The translations under genes and the position numbers were made by a program. A stretch of 28,424 nucleotides of DNA from Armatimonadia bacterium (GTDB lineage: Bacteria > Armatimonadota > Zipacnadia > Zipacnadales > UBA11051), in the NCBI GenBank assembly GCA_039683575.1, contig JBDKRC010000218.1, forward strand, positions 1-28,424, in the 5' to 3' direction. Below, one piece after another: positions 8,329-16,796 of the stretch (its first letter is position 1; each line of letters begins with the position of its first letter). The notes beneath the pieces are model-generated. The model was given only the letters and a program-made list of their open reading frames with translations. It did not search any database and was not told where the DNA came from.

Positions 8329-9348
8329 CTACAGCATCACTTTCTCGCGCTTGGCCACCGACTCGCGCTCCGCGTTGACGACTGCCACCGATTCCATCGC
8401 TGACTGCGGCATTACGCGCTCGGGCTGCTTGCCCTGCTCGAGGCATTCCACGAAGTACGCAAACTCCCGCTGGTAGCCGGTCTCGTCGGAGACTTCCGGG
8501 TTCACCGCGTCGCCGCTCTTGGGATACCAGGTCAGCGACGGGGTCTTGCTGGTGGAGAATTCCAGGCAGCCATTCTCGCCCAGAACCTGGAACGCCATCT
8601 CAAAGGGCCACGTCGAGGGATAGCCCCAGCCGCCTTCGGCAAAGCACACCATGTCCTTGTCGCCATAGAAGTACTGCGAGATGACGTTGTCCACCTTATC
8701 AGCGCTGGTGACGCGGTTGGCGGCCTGCGACGAGACGCAGCAGGGCTTGCCGAACAGCGAGATGATGAAGTCAACATCATGGACGTGCAGATCGGTCAGC
8801 GCGCCGCCAGACAGCGACGTGTCCATCAGCCAGTTGTCCTGCGACCACGTGGGCGTGGGGGACAGCCGCGTGAACTTCGCCGAGACGACCTTACCGAGCT
8901 CGCCGCTCTTGATCATGTCCGCAAGCTTCTCATACGCCGGCCAGAAGCGGATGCACTGGGCGATGAAGAGCAGCTTGCCATTGGCCTGGGACGCATCAAT
9001 CATGCGCTGGCAGTCGGCTGCGGTCAGGGCCATCGGCTTTTCGCAGATGACATGCTTGCCGGCTTCCAGCGCCTTGACGGTCATGTCGGCATGCAGGAAC
9101 GTCGGGGTGCAGATGTCAACACATTCGAGGCCATCATGCACCAGAAGCTCGTCCAGCGACGAGTAGACGGCCAGCCCCGAGAAGTCGAGCGCCTTGGCCT
9201 CGCCAATGTTGCCACCGACTGCCTCGCCCTGCCGCCGCTTCTCTTCCTTATCGGCTATCCCTACAAGTTGAATGCTGTCCATCGCCTGGTGAATGGCGAA
9301 GTGCTGCTGTCCCATGAAACCCAGTCCGACGATGCCAGTGCGGATCAT
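8329..9348 (-). CDS. Gfo/Idh/MocA family NAD(P)-dependent oxidoreductase
   Basis: MIRTGIVGLGFMG Rossmann motif, VDICTPTFLH, GKHVICEKPMA, GGALTDLHVHDVD. ATG 9348 with GGAGGG RBS. Confidence 0.93.
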   Translation of the reverse strand: MIRTGIVGLGFMGQQHFAIHQAMDSIQLVGIADKEEKRRQGEAVGGNIGEAKALDFSGLAVYSSLDELLVHDGLECVDICTPTFLHADMTVKALEAGKHVICEKPMALTAADCQRMIDASQANGKLLFIAQCIRFWPAYEKLADMIKSGELGKVVSAKFTRLSPTPTWSQDNWLMDTSLSGGALTDLHVHDVDFIISLFGKPCCVSSQAANRVTSADKVDNVISQYFYGDKDMVCFAEGGWGYPSTWPFEMAFQVLGENGCLEFSTSKTPSLTWYPKSGDAVNPEVSDETGYQREFAYFVECLEQGKQPERVMPQSAMESVAVVNAERESVAKREKVML

Positions 9349-9492
9349 GTTGATCCCTCCTGAAGTGCGCGCAAATAGGCAGCATGGAGGCTGCCATTCC
9401 ATTGCGTAGTGATTGGTTTGATGCGTAATAGGTATGATTAGCCGCCAGCGCCCAAATCACCTCCTGTGTCTGCCAAAAGACAACATACCACC

Positions 9493-9713
9493 CTCCCTCT
9501 TCGCGTGGTAGGCATGCTCCGCATGCCGGAACATGCAGACGCCACACCGTAGAGGCGGACCGTGGTCCGCCCGCGCGTGGAGCCACCAACCTCTCCCTCC
9601 TCGCGTGGCAGGCACACTCCGTGTGCCGGAACACGCAACCTAAGACAACCTGCCGCCCGCCCGGATACCTTGACAACCCAGGTTCCGGCACACGGAGTGT
9701 GCCTACCACGCGA
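9493..9713. repeat. Cluster of GTAG-type REP elements including an inverted doublet (REPIN-like)
   Basis: CGCGTGGTAGGCATGCTCCGCATGCCGGAACA (9502-33), GTAGAGGCGGACCGTGGTCCGCCCG (9549-73), TCGCGTGGCAGGCACACTCCGTGTGCCGGAAC (9601-32) and its inverted near-copy (9682-9713). Confidence 0.8.
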
Positions 9714-9808
9714 CTGGACACGTAACCGAGTCTCCATCCCCCAAATACCGCTCTGGTCAAGATTTCGTCACAAACTTGAACACTCTTATACCGCGAAGCA
9801 ATTCTCTC

Positions 9809-9837
9809 TTGACTTGCCCTGCCCCGAGGATTATCGT
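9809..9837 (+). promoter_or_regulatory. Putative sigma70 promoter of the nrdDG operon
   Basis: TTGACT (9809-14), 17-bp spacer, TATCGT (9832-37). AGGAG RBS upstream of ATG 9894. Confidence 0.5.
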
Positions 9838-9893
9838 ACCGGCACCCCCGTCACCTGCCGTCGAGGCTGCAAAAACCATAGGAGTCATCGTAA

Positions 9894-11909
9894 ATGAACC
9901 TCCCCCCAGCTCTGGCCGGACGTGAGATTGTCAAGCGCGATGGCTCGCGCGCGCCTTTTGATGCCCAGCGCATCAAGGTGGCAATCACCAAGGCCGGCAA
10001 AGCCACGGGGGAATTTGACGAGGCTCGCGCCGCGAAACTGACCGAGCAGGTCCTCAAGGTCATCATCCACCGCGTGTGGACCACCGACCCCACTGTTGAA
10101 GATATCCAGGACATCGTCGAGCAGACTCTGATCAACGCCGACTTTTTCGCTACCGCGCGCGGCTACATCGTCTACCGCGAGCAACGGCGGCGGCTGCGCG
10201 CTGAGAATCATGCGCTGGTTGATGCCGTATCTTCAATCAACGAGTACCTGGAGCGTGCCGACTGGCGCGTCAATGCCAACGCCAACCAGGGCTATTCCCT
10301 CGGCGGTCTCATTCTCAACGTTTCGGGCAAGGTCACTGCCAACTACTGGCTGAGCGAGGTCTATCCCCGCGAGATCGGTGAGGCCCACCGTTGCGGCGAT
10401 TTCCACATCCACGACCTCGACATGCTCAGCGGCTACTGCGCGGGCTGGTCGCTGCGCACGCTCATCAACGAAGGCTTCAACGGTGTCCCCGGCAAGGTCG
10501 AGGCCTCGCCGCCCAGGCACCTGTCCAGCGTTGTCGGCCAGATGGTCAACTTCCTCGGGACGTTGCAGAACGAGTGGGCCGGCGCGCAAGCCTTCAGCTC
10601 CTTCGATACCTACCTCGCACCCTTCGTGCGGCAGGACAACCTGCGCTACGACGAGATCCTCCAGAACATTCAGGAGTTTGTCTACAACCTCAACGTGCCG
10701 TCGCGCTGGGGCACGCAGACCCCGTTCACTAACATCACTCTCGACTGGACCTGCCCCGAGGACCTGCGGGACGAGCACCCGCTGATCGGCGGCGTGGCCG
10801 TCGACTTCACCTACGGCGACCTCGAAGAAGAGATGTCGCTGATCAACAAGGCCTTCCTCGAGGTCATGACCCGCGGCGACAGCAAGGGCCGGGTATTCAC
10901 TTTCCCGATCCCCACATACAACATCACCAAGGACTTCGACTGGGAGCATCCAAACACGATCCCGCTGTTCGAGATGACCGCCAAGTACGGGACGCCCTAT
11001 TTCCAGAATTTCATCAACTCCGACCTCTCGCCCCACATGGTGCGCTCCATGTGCTGCCGGTTGCAGCTTGACCTGCGCGAGCTCCTCAAGCGCGGCAACG
11101 GCCTGTTTGGCTCGGCGGAGCAGACCGGCTCCCTCGGCGTCGTGACCATCAACTGCGCCCGCCTCGGCTATCTTGCCAAGGGCGACCTCGAGGCCTTCTA
11201 TCAGCGGCTCGACCACTTGCTGGACCTCGCCAAGCAGAGCCTCGAGATCAAGCGCAAGACGGTGCAGCGGTGCATCGAAAACGGCCTGCTGCCCTACACC
11301 CGCCGCTATCTGGGTACACTCAGGAACCACTTCAGCACCATCGGCATCAATGGCGTCAACGAGTGCATCCAGAACTACTTCGGCGGCAACACCGACATCA
11401 CGACCGAGCAGGGCCATGCCTTTGCCCGCGACCTGCTGATCCACGTCCGCGAGCGCATGGTGGAATTCCAGCAGGAGACCGGTCACCTGTACAACATGGA
11501 GGCCACCCCCGCCGAGGGTGCCACCTACCGCTTCGCCCGTGAGGATTCCAAGCGGTTTGGCGATGTCATCCAGTCCGGCCCGGCCAATGCCCCGTATTAC
11601 ACCAACTCGACCCAGCTTCCGGTCGGTTATACGGACGACCCCTTCAAAGCCTTGGAGCACCAGGAGGACCTGCAGGGCCTCTATACAGGCGGGACGGTCT
11701 TCCACCTGTACATGGCCGAGCAGATCAGCAGCCCGCAGGCCTGCCGCAACCTCGTGCGCCGCTGCCTGGAGAAGTTCCGCGTTCCGTACATCACGATCAC
11801 GCCGAGCTTCTCGATCTGTCCCGTCCATGGCTACATTCCGGGCGAGCACGAGTTCTGCCCGAAGTGTGATGAAGACTTGCTGGCGAGCAAAACAGCCGCC
11901 AACGCGTAA
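9894..11909 (+). CDS. nrdD: Class III (anaerobic) ribonucleoside-triphosphate reductase, catalytic subunit with N-terminal ATP-cone; lacks the glycyl-radical C-terminus
   Basis: ATP-cone EIVKRDG..FD..RI..AI.KA, HIHDLD, YCAGW, FTFPIPTYN, SMCCRL, EATPAEG, YTGGTVFH, Zn site CPVHGY...CPKC. Confidence 0.95.
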   Translation: MNLPPALAGREIVKRDGSRAPFDAQRIKVAITKAGKATGEFDEARAAKLTEQVLKVIIHRVWTTDPTVEDIQDIVEQTLINADFFATARGYIVYREQRRRLRAENHALVDAVSSINEYLERADWRVNANANQGYSLGGLILNVSGKVTANYWLSEVYPREIGEAHRCGDFHIHDLDMLSGYCAGWSLRTLINEGFNGVPGKVEASPPRHLSSVVGQMVNFLGTLQNEWAGAQAFSSFDTYLAPFVRQDNLRYDEILQNIQEFVYNLNVPSRWGTQTPFTNITLDWTCPEDLRDEHPLIGGVAVDFTYGDLEEEMSLINKAFLEVMTRGDSKGRVFTFPIPTYNITKDFDWEHPNTIPLFEMTAKYGTPYFQNFINSDLSPHMVRSMCCRLQLDLRELLKRGNGLFGSAEQTGSLGVVTINCARLGYLAKGDLEAFYQRLDHLLDLAKQSLEIKRKTVQRCIENGLLPYTRRYLGTLRNHFSTIGINGVNECIQNYFGGNTDITTEQGHAFARDLLIHVRERMVEFQQETGHLYNMEATPAEGATYRFAREDSKRFGDVIQSGPANAPYYTNSTQLPVGYTDDPFKALEHQEDLQGLYTGGTVFHLYMAEQISSPQACRNLVRRCLEKFRVPYITITPSFSICPVHGYIPGEHEFCPKCDEDLLASKTAANA

Positions 11910-11993
11910 GTCGGTTCATCCTTGAACCGACGCCCCGCGTCTATCGGTCCCTCCCTGACGCGTGGGTGGGTTCGTCTCGAACCCACAAGGACC
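11910..11993 (+). ncRNA. Putative structured intergenic RNA element: three hairpins plus a possible pseudoknot
   Basis: GTCGGTTCA/TGAACCGAC (11910-31), CGCGTC/GACGCG (11936-62), GTGGGTTCG/CGAACCCAC (11966-86). Loop GGTCC (11946-50) is complementary to GGACC (11989-93). Confidence 0.4.
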
Positions 11994-12058
11994 ACTGATC
12001 GGATAGCAGGAATCGCAGCCTACACTGTAGAAACTGACGTACAGCGAGGATGGAGAGC

Positions 12059-12259
12059 ATGAGCAACACCCCTAACCTGATCGAACTCAAGGATTCCGAG
12101 CGCCAGCGGTGCGAAGTCTGGAGCCGCGTCATGGGCTATTACCGGCCCGTGTCGGCGTGGAACGCCGGCAAGCAGAGCGAACAGGCTGAGCGGATCACCT
12201 TCCGCGAGCCCGCTGCCGCCAAGATCGACCCGTCGGGTCAGATGAAACTTGTCGTCTGA
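12059..12259 (+). CDS. nrdD: Stand-alone glycyl-radical domain of class III RNR (small NrdD partner)
   Basis: RCEVWSRVMGYYRPVSAWNAGKQSEQAER matches the NrdD C-terminal RVxGY radical loop and WNxGK motif. Start is 12059 or 12050. Confidence 0.88.
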   Translation: MSNTPNLIELKDSERQRCEVWSRVMGYYRPVSAWNAGKQSEQAERITFREPAAAKIDPSGQMKLVV

Positions 12260-13016
12260 CCCTCCCTCTTCGGAGGGGCCGAGCCGAGACCCTCTGGGGT
12301 CTCACAGCCGGCCCGCCGTCGTTGACCTCCGCGTCGGCGGCTTCATCCCTCTGACTACCGTCGAATGGGACGGCCGCCTCGCGGCCGTCGTCTTCACGCA
12401 AGGCTGCCCCTGGCGCTGCCGCTACTGCCACAACACCAACCTCGTCCCCAGCCGCAACAAGGCCCTGATCCCCTGGTCTGACGTCCGCCGGCAACTGCTG
12501 GACCGCCAGGGCTTCGTCGAGGCCGTGGTCTTTAGCGGCGGCGAGCCCACCGCCCAGGCGGCCCTCTTTCCCGCCCTTCAGGAAGTGAAGGCGATGGGCT
12601 ACCTCACGGCCCTCCACACCAACGGCGCGCACCCCAATCTGCTAGCCAAGTTACTATTCAACGAAATCGTTGATTACGTCGCAATGGACGTAAAAGCCCC
12701 CTGGGACCGCTACGCCGACGTCACCCAAGTCGAGGGCAGCGGTCGCCGCGCCCAGCGCAGCGCGAACCTCATCATCCGCTCGGGCCTCCCGCACGAGTTC
12801 CGGACCACCTACCACTCCGACCTGCTGGCCCCTGAAGACCTGCTCGCGATTGCCGAGGACCTGCAGTGGCGCGGGGCCAAGGCATGGTTCTTGCAGAAGT
12901 ACCGCGACGAGGGCAGCCCAGACATGCCCCTGAAGCTCTCCACCAGCCGCAAACTCCCCGACAAGCTCCTGCGCAGACTCGCGGCCATGTTTGAAAGGTT
13001 CGACGTGCGGGGCTAG
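12249..13016 (+). CDS. nrdG: Anaerobic RNR activating enzyme (radical SAM)
   Basis: VFTQGCPWRCRYCHN (CxxxCxxC), VVFSGGEPT, LHTNG, DYVAMDVKAP, EFRTT. The TTG start overlaps the upstream stop; exact start uncertain. Confidence 0.93.
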   Translation: MSSDPPSSEGPSRDPLGSHSRPAVVDLRVGGFIPLTTVEWDGRLAAVVFTQGCPWRCRYCHNTNLVPSRNKALIPWSDVRRQLLDRQGFVEAVVFSGGEPTAQAALFPALQEVKAMGYLTALHTNGAHPNLLAKLLFNEIVDYVAMDVKAPWDRYADVTQVEGSGRRAQRSANLIIRSGLPHEFRTTYHSDLLAPEDLLAIAEDLQWRGAKAWFLQKYRDEGSPDMPLKLSTSRKLPDKLLRRLAAMFERFDVRG

Positions 13017-13052
13017 CGAACTGAACGGCAGCACCGGTTCAGGAGGCCCACC

Positions 13053-16000
13053 ATGCGCGGCGCAGTCGTCCTGACTCTTCTCCTTACCCTCACCCCCCTC
13101 TTCGCCTCTGACGTGATCTTCTACCAGGACTTCGACCACGGCCCGCTGACCGTCTGCGGCTCCGGCTGGGCCGCTGACCTGCCGACCTCGCCCGAAGGCT
13201 TCGTGCCGGGGCGCTTCGGCAAGGCCTACCGCATGGAGCGCCAGCGCACGAACCTCCTGAGTCCCACCCAGGCCTCCTTCGAGGGCCCTCTGAGCGGCGT
13301 CGAAGCGGGTCCTGAAGCCAAACTTGCCCTCACCAGCGCCGCCGCCAGATTCGGCAAGCAATCACTCTCCGCCGCGGCCGCCAGACCCGGCCTCGTCTGG
13401 AGGCTCTCCCCCCTCCCACTCAAGGTGACGTCCTACAACAAGCCCAACAAGGTCTTCGTCTTCTCGGCCTACCTGCGCTCAGACAAGCCCGCACGCGTTC
13501 GCCTGAGCCTGACCGACCTGGGCGAAACCGGCGACTGGCGCGCCAAAATCGAGAAGGACAACGCCGCCGCCCTCGCCAAAGACCCGAACGCGAAGCCCAA
13601 ACCAGTGCTCGAAACCGTAACCACGCCCCACGAGGTGACGCTTTCACCCCAGTGGCAGCGCGTCTCGGCGGTGCTTGAGATTGACGTACGCCGCGCCGAG
13701 CAGACCCTCGTGCCCTCCCTCGAGGTCCTGGACGGCCCCGCCGCCACGATCCTCGCCGATGGCCTGCAGCTCGAACAGGCGGCCATCTACCCCCTCAGCA
13801 ACACCGAGCCGACCTCATGGGTACCCGGTGGCGAGACCCGCGGCCCATCATGGCTGGAGATCGAGGCCAGCGAGACCGGCTTTGACGGCCAGGCAGGCAC
13901 CATCTCCCTCTGGGTCAAGCCCCTCCCCTCCGAGTGCGGCGGAACCCGCAACATGGCGGCGATGATGGCCGTCGGCACCGGCTGGTTCGCCCCCATCTGG
14001 AGCCTCAGCGCGACTTCATGGTACGCCACCGATGGCAACAAAGCCGGCTACAAGCAGGAGGTCTTTCACACCAATCTCGAACCGAAGCTGCTCGAACCCG
14101 GCCAGTACGAGGGCTGGCACCATCTCGCGCTGACCTGGGACGATCAGGGCGCCGCTGGCTTTCTGGACGGCAAGCAAATCGGCAAGTGCGCCGTGGTTCC
14201 CGGCGCCCCCGCGCCTGGCTCCCTCATCCGCCTCGGCGGCAGCTTCCTCGAGCGCACCAGCATGACCGGAGACCTCGACGAGGTCATCATCTACAACCGC
14301 CGTCTGCAGGACACCGAGATTGCCAGCCTCGCCACCGCGGCTGCCTCCGCCGCCTGTACCATGCCGCAGACCCTCCTGCGCCGCCCTCTGCGCACGGTCT
14401 TCCTGCGCTCCGAACCCGAGGCCACCATCCCTCTGCAGACTGTGCAGTATGGCGCCAGACCCGAGCAGTGCACCGTGGCGGCCCGCATCCCCGCAGTCCG
14501 CGCCACAGCCTCCGGCAAGCCCACACCCTCCAAGCCCTTGTCCCTCAATCTGCAGCCCTGGCTCGCCGAGCCCGGCACCTACCCGCTCGAAGTCCAGGTC
14601 GGCCCCACCAGGGTCACCGACACCATCCGCATCCTCGAAGAACCGCAGGGCCGCGAGTTCATCATCTACGGCTGGGGCAGCGATACCGACCTCAAAGAGC
14701 GCAACCTCAACGCCGCCGTGGGCGCCGGTACGGGCTTCCTGCAAAACCAGCTTGAGCAGGGCATGTTCGCCCACACCCGCATTGACGTCCGCGACGGCAT
14801 CCCCCACCCCTGGTCGCCCGAGACCCGCGCCAAGGCCCCCGCCCTCGCCCGCCGCGTCGCGCAGCAAGCCATGGCGTGGCCGCACGTAGTGGCCTGCCTC
14901 GTCAACTCCGAGGTCGGTGACCCGCCCTTCCCGCAAGGCCAACCGTGGTTCGATCAGTGGCTGAAGCAGGAGACCGGCCTCTCCGCCATCCCGCCCTACA
15001 TCGCCCGTGACCCCATGCACGTCGCCCCGCCCGCCGAGGCCGACAAGCTCTTCCCGCCGGTCATTCCGGATGACAACCCCCAGTTGAAGTTCCTGAACTG
15101 GTGGCACGAGCGCGGGCAGGGCTACTGGCTGCTCGGCAACCTCCTCGCCGAGGAGATGCGCGCCGCCGGCCTGAAGTGCAAGTACTACTCCGACCAGCCC
15201 GAGGCCCTCACGCAGTTTGAGAAGATGGACATGGTGGACTATTGGGTCTACCCCCGCTCGCCGCACGGCCTCGTGGCGCGCCTCTCGCAGGCCTCCACGA
15301 TGGCCCGCCTCGTGGACAAGCCTTTCCAGGCCATGCCCGGCACCTGCTACTGGGACGACGGCAACGGCCTCTGGGTCACCGACGCCGATGGCAAGCGCAA
15401 GGTGCTCTGCCTCAGCCCCGACTGCTTCCGCGAGAACCTCTGGATCGCGGCCGCCAGCCCCTGCGCCAGCATGGGCCTCTACGGGCTCGGCGAGCGCCAC
15501 ACGGGGGTCTACGACAAGGCCTGCGATGACGTGATGACCCAGACCTACGCCCAGATCCAGCCTGTCGGCACCCTTGTCGGCGGCCTCCCCACCCAGCAGG
15601 CAACGGTCGCGCTGCTTGACACCGACGGCCTCTACTTCACCCAGCCCGGCGTCTACGACGACTGGGCGCGTTACTGGACCATCCGCACCGCGAGCCGCAC
15701 CCTCGCCAAGTACCGCGTCCCCTTCGACTGGCTCACCGACGAGCACGTGAAGGCCGGGTGGCTCTCCCGCTATGACACGATCGTCGTCCCCGGCGCCTGG
15801 TGCCTGCCGCAGAGCACCTACGACGCTCTGGTCAAAGCCGCCAAGTCCGGCACGAAGATCGTGACGGACAAAATCATGCGCGCGGAAATCCCCGGCATGG
15901 TGCGCCTGAACATCACCCAGCAGCGCGACCTCGACACCGCCGCCGCTGAATACGCCGCCTGGGCACAGAGCTACCACCCGGCCCGCTCGCCCTTCGCCAC

Positions 16001-16631
16001 CGTAGCCCCGGCCGACAAGGCGTTCATGTACACACGCGAGCTCGCGGCCAACGGCTCCCGCTATGTCTTCATCGTCAACGACAGCCGCGAGCCCGGCCCG
16101 CAGTACGACCGCTGGAAGGTGGAACTCAGCGCCGTGGACGGCCCCGGCCCCCTGCGCGACAAGGGCCTCCCGCAGGAGGTCACGGTCACCATTCCGGCGG
16201 GCTTTGCGATCTACGACGTGCTCAACCACGAGCCCCTCAAGTCAACGCAGACCGCGAACTCCCAGACCCTCAGGGTGCAACTCGGCCCCGGAGCGGCTGC
16301 GGTAATCGCCTGCCTGCCCCAGCCGCTGGCCTCCGTGAAGCTCAGCGCTCCAGCAAAGCTCACCGCCGGCACCGCCACCGACCTCGTGATAAGGGTCCTC
16401 GACAAGCAAGCCAGGCCAGCGCCGGGGCGGCAGATGGTCGAGGTCACGGTCACCTCGCCCGGCGGCACCCGCTACGAGGGCGTGCAGCGCTACCAGCGCG
16501 TGACCAACGGCCAGCGCACCATCTCCCTGCGCCTGCCGCTAACGGCGCAAAAGGGAACATGGAAGGCGAGTGTGAGGGAGTGGACGTCGGGGCTAGTGGC
16601 AGAGACGACAATAGACGTAACTGCGGGGTAG
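13053..16631 (+). CDS. Large secreted multidomain protein: CBM-like, LamG-like, putative glycoside hydrolase barrel, GH42-type trimerisation-like domain, Ig-like C-terminus
   Basis: AGGAGG RBS and signal peptide. LamG motifs GTISLWVKP, WHHLALTWD, GDLDEVIIYNRRL. Class I GATase-like PFDWLTDEHV...YDTIVVPG. C-terminal GTWKASVREWTSG. Confidence 0.7.
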   Translation: MRGAVVLTLLLTLTPLFASDVIFYQDFDHGPLTVCGSGWAADLPTSPEGFVPGRFGKAYRMERQRTNLLSPTQASFEGPLSGVEAGPEAKLALTSAAARFGKQSLSAAAARPGLVWRLSPLPLKVTSYNKPNKVFVFSAYLRSDKPARVRLSLTDLGETGDWRAKIEKDNAAALAKDPNAKPKPVLETVTTPHEVTLSPQWQRVSAVLEIDVRRAEQTLVPSLEVLDGPAATILADGLQLEQAAIYPLSNTEPTSWVPGGETRGPSWLEIEASETGFDGQAGTISLWVKPLPSECGGTRNMAAMMAVGTGWFAPIWSLSATSWYATDGNKAGYKQEVFHTNLEPKLLEPGQYEGWHHLALTWDDQGAAGFLDGKQIGKCAVVPGAPAPGSLIRLGGSFLERTSMTGDLDEVIIYNRRLQDTEIASLATAAASAACTMPQTLLRRPLRTVFLRSEPEATIPLQTVQYGARPEQCTVAARIPAVRATASGKPTPSKPLSLNLQPWLAEPGTYPLEVQVGPTRVTDTIRILEEPQGREFIIYGWGSDTDLKERNLNAAVGAGTGFLQNQLEQGMFAHTRIDVRDGIPHPWSPETRAKAPALARRVAQQAMAWPHVVACLVNSEVGDPPFPQGQPWFDQWLKQETGLSAIPPYIARDPMHVAPPAEADKLFPPVIPDDNPQLKFLNWWHERGQGYWLLGNLLAEEMRAAGLKCKYYSDQPEALTQFEKMDMVDYWVYPRSPHGLVARLSQASTMARLVDKPFQAMPGTCYWDDGNGLWVTDADGKRKVLCLSPDCFRENLWIAAASPCASMGLYGLGERHTGVYDKACDDVMTQTYAQIQPVGTLVGGLPTQQATVALLDTDGLYFTQPGVYDDWARYWTIRTASRTLAKYRVPFDWLTDEHVKAGWLSRYDTIVVPGAWCLPQSTYDALVKAAKSGTKIVTDKIMRAEIPGMVRLNITQQRDLDTAAAEYAAWAQSYHPARSPFATVAPADKAFMYTRELAANGSRYVFIVNDSREPGPQYDRWKVELSAVDGPGPLRDKGLPQEVTVTIPAGFAIYDVLNHEPLKSTQTANSQTLRVQLGPGAAAVIACLPQPLASVKLSAPAKLTAGTATDLVIRVLDKQARPAPGRQMVEVTVTSPGGTRYEGVQRYQRVTNGQRTISLRLPLTAQKGTWKASVREWTSGLVAETTIDVTAG

Positions 16632-16661
16632 GCCTTCTAGACGAGTAATATACACTCTAGA

Positions 16662-16693
16662 CGCGTGGTAGGCATGCTCCGCATGCCGGAACA
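16662..16693 (+). repeat. REP element identical to 9502-9533
   Basis: CGCGTGGTAGGCATGCTCCGCATGCCGGAACA, exact 32-bp match. Confidence 0.85.
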
Positions 16694-16710
16694 AGGTACC
16701 GCAACACAAC

Positions 16711-16794
16711 GAAAACGGGGACTGACCCCAATTTCGCAACCTTCCCGAGCTCTCTCAGCAAGTGTCGTGCGAAATTGGGTCTGTCCCCATTTTC
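16711..16794. repeat. Long imperfect inverted repeat (GGGGACWGWCCCC-type palindrome doublet) between convergent genes; may also act as a bidirectional terminator
   Basis: GAAAACGGGGACTGACCCCAATTTCGCA (16711-38) versus the reverse complement of 16768-94, GAAAATGGGGACAGACCCAATTTCGCA. Confidence 0.75.
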
Positions 16795-16796
16795 CG

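Noticed and set aside
9775-9893. NrdR box or cobalamin riboswitch upstream of nrdD
   Set aside because: ACACTCTTATACCGCG matches the NrdR consensus poorly, and the leader is too short and lacks a B12 box.
10233-11849. 538-aa minus-strand ORF (likewise 14016-16229, 16665-18152, 20411-21577, 5328-6515, 23091-24191)
   Set aside because: These are antisense shadows of well-supported genes, expected in high-GC DNA, with no recognisable motifs.
11934-11993. Canonical HDV-like ribozyme
   Set aside because: Only 6 nt lie where P3/L3 must be and the +1 nucleotide is C. Kept only as an unclassified structure.
11910-12058. Intron, intein or simple stop-codon readthrough joining the NrdD halves
   Set aside because: The spacer is too short for a group I or II intron and shows no recognisable core. 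The two ORFs are in different frames, and the small ORF has its own RBS.
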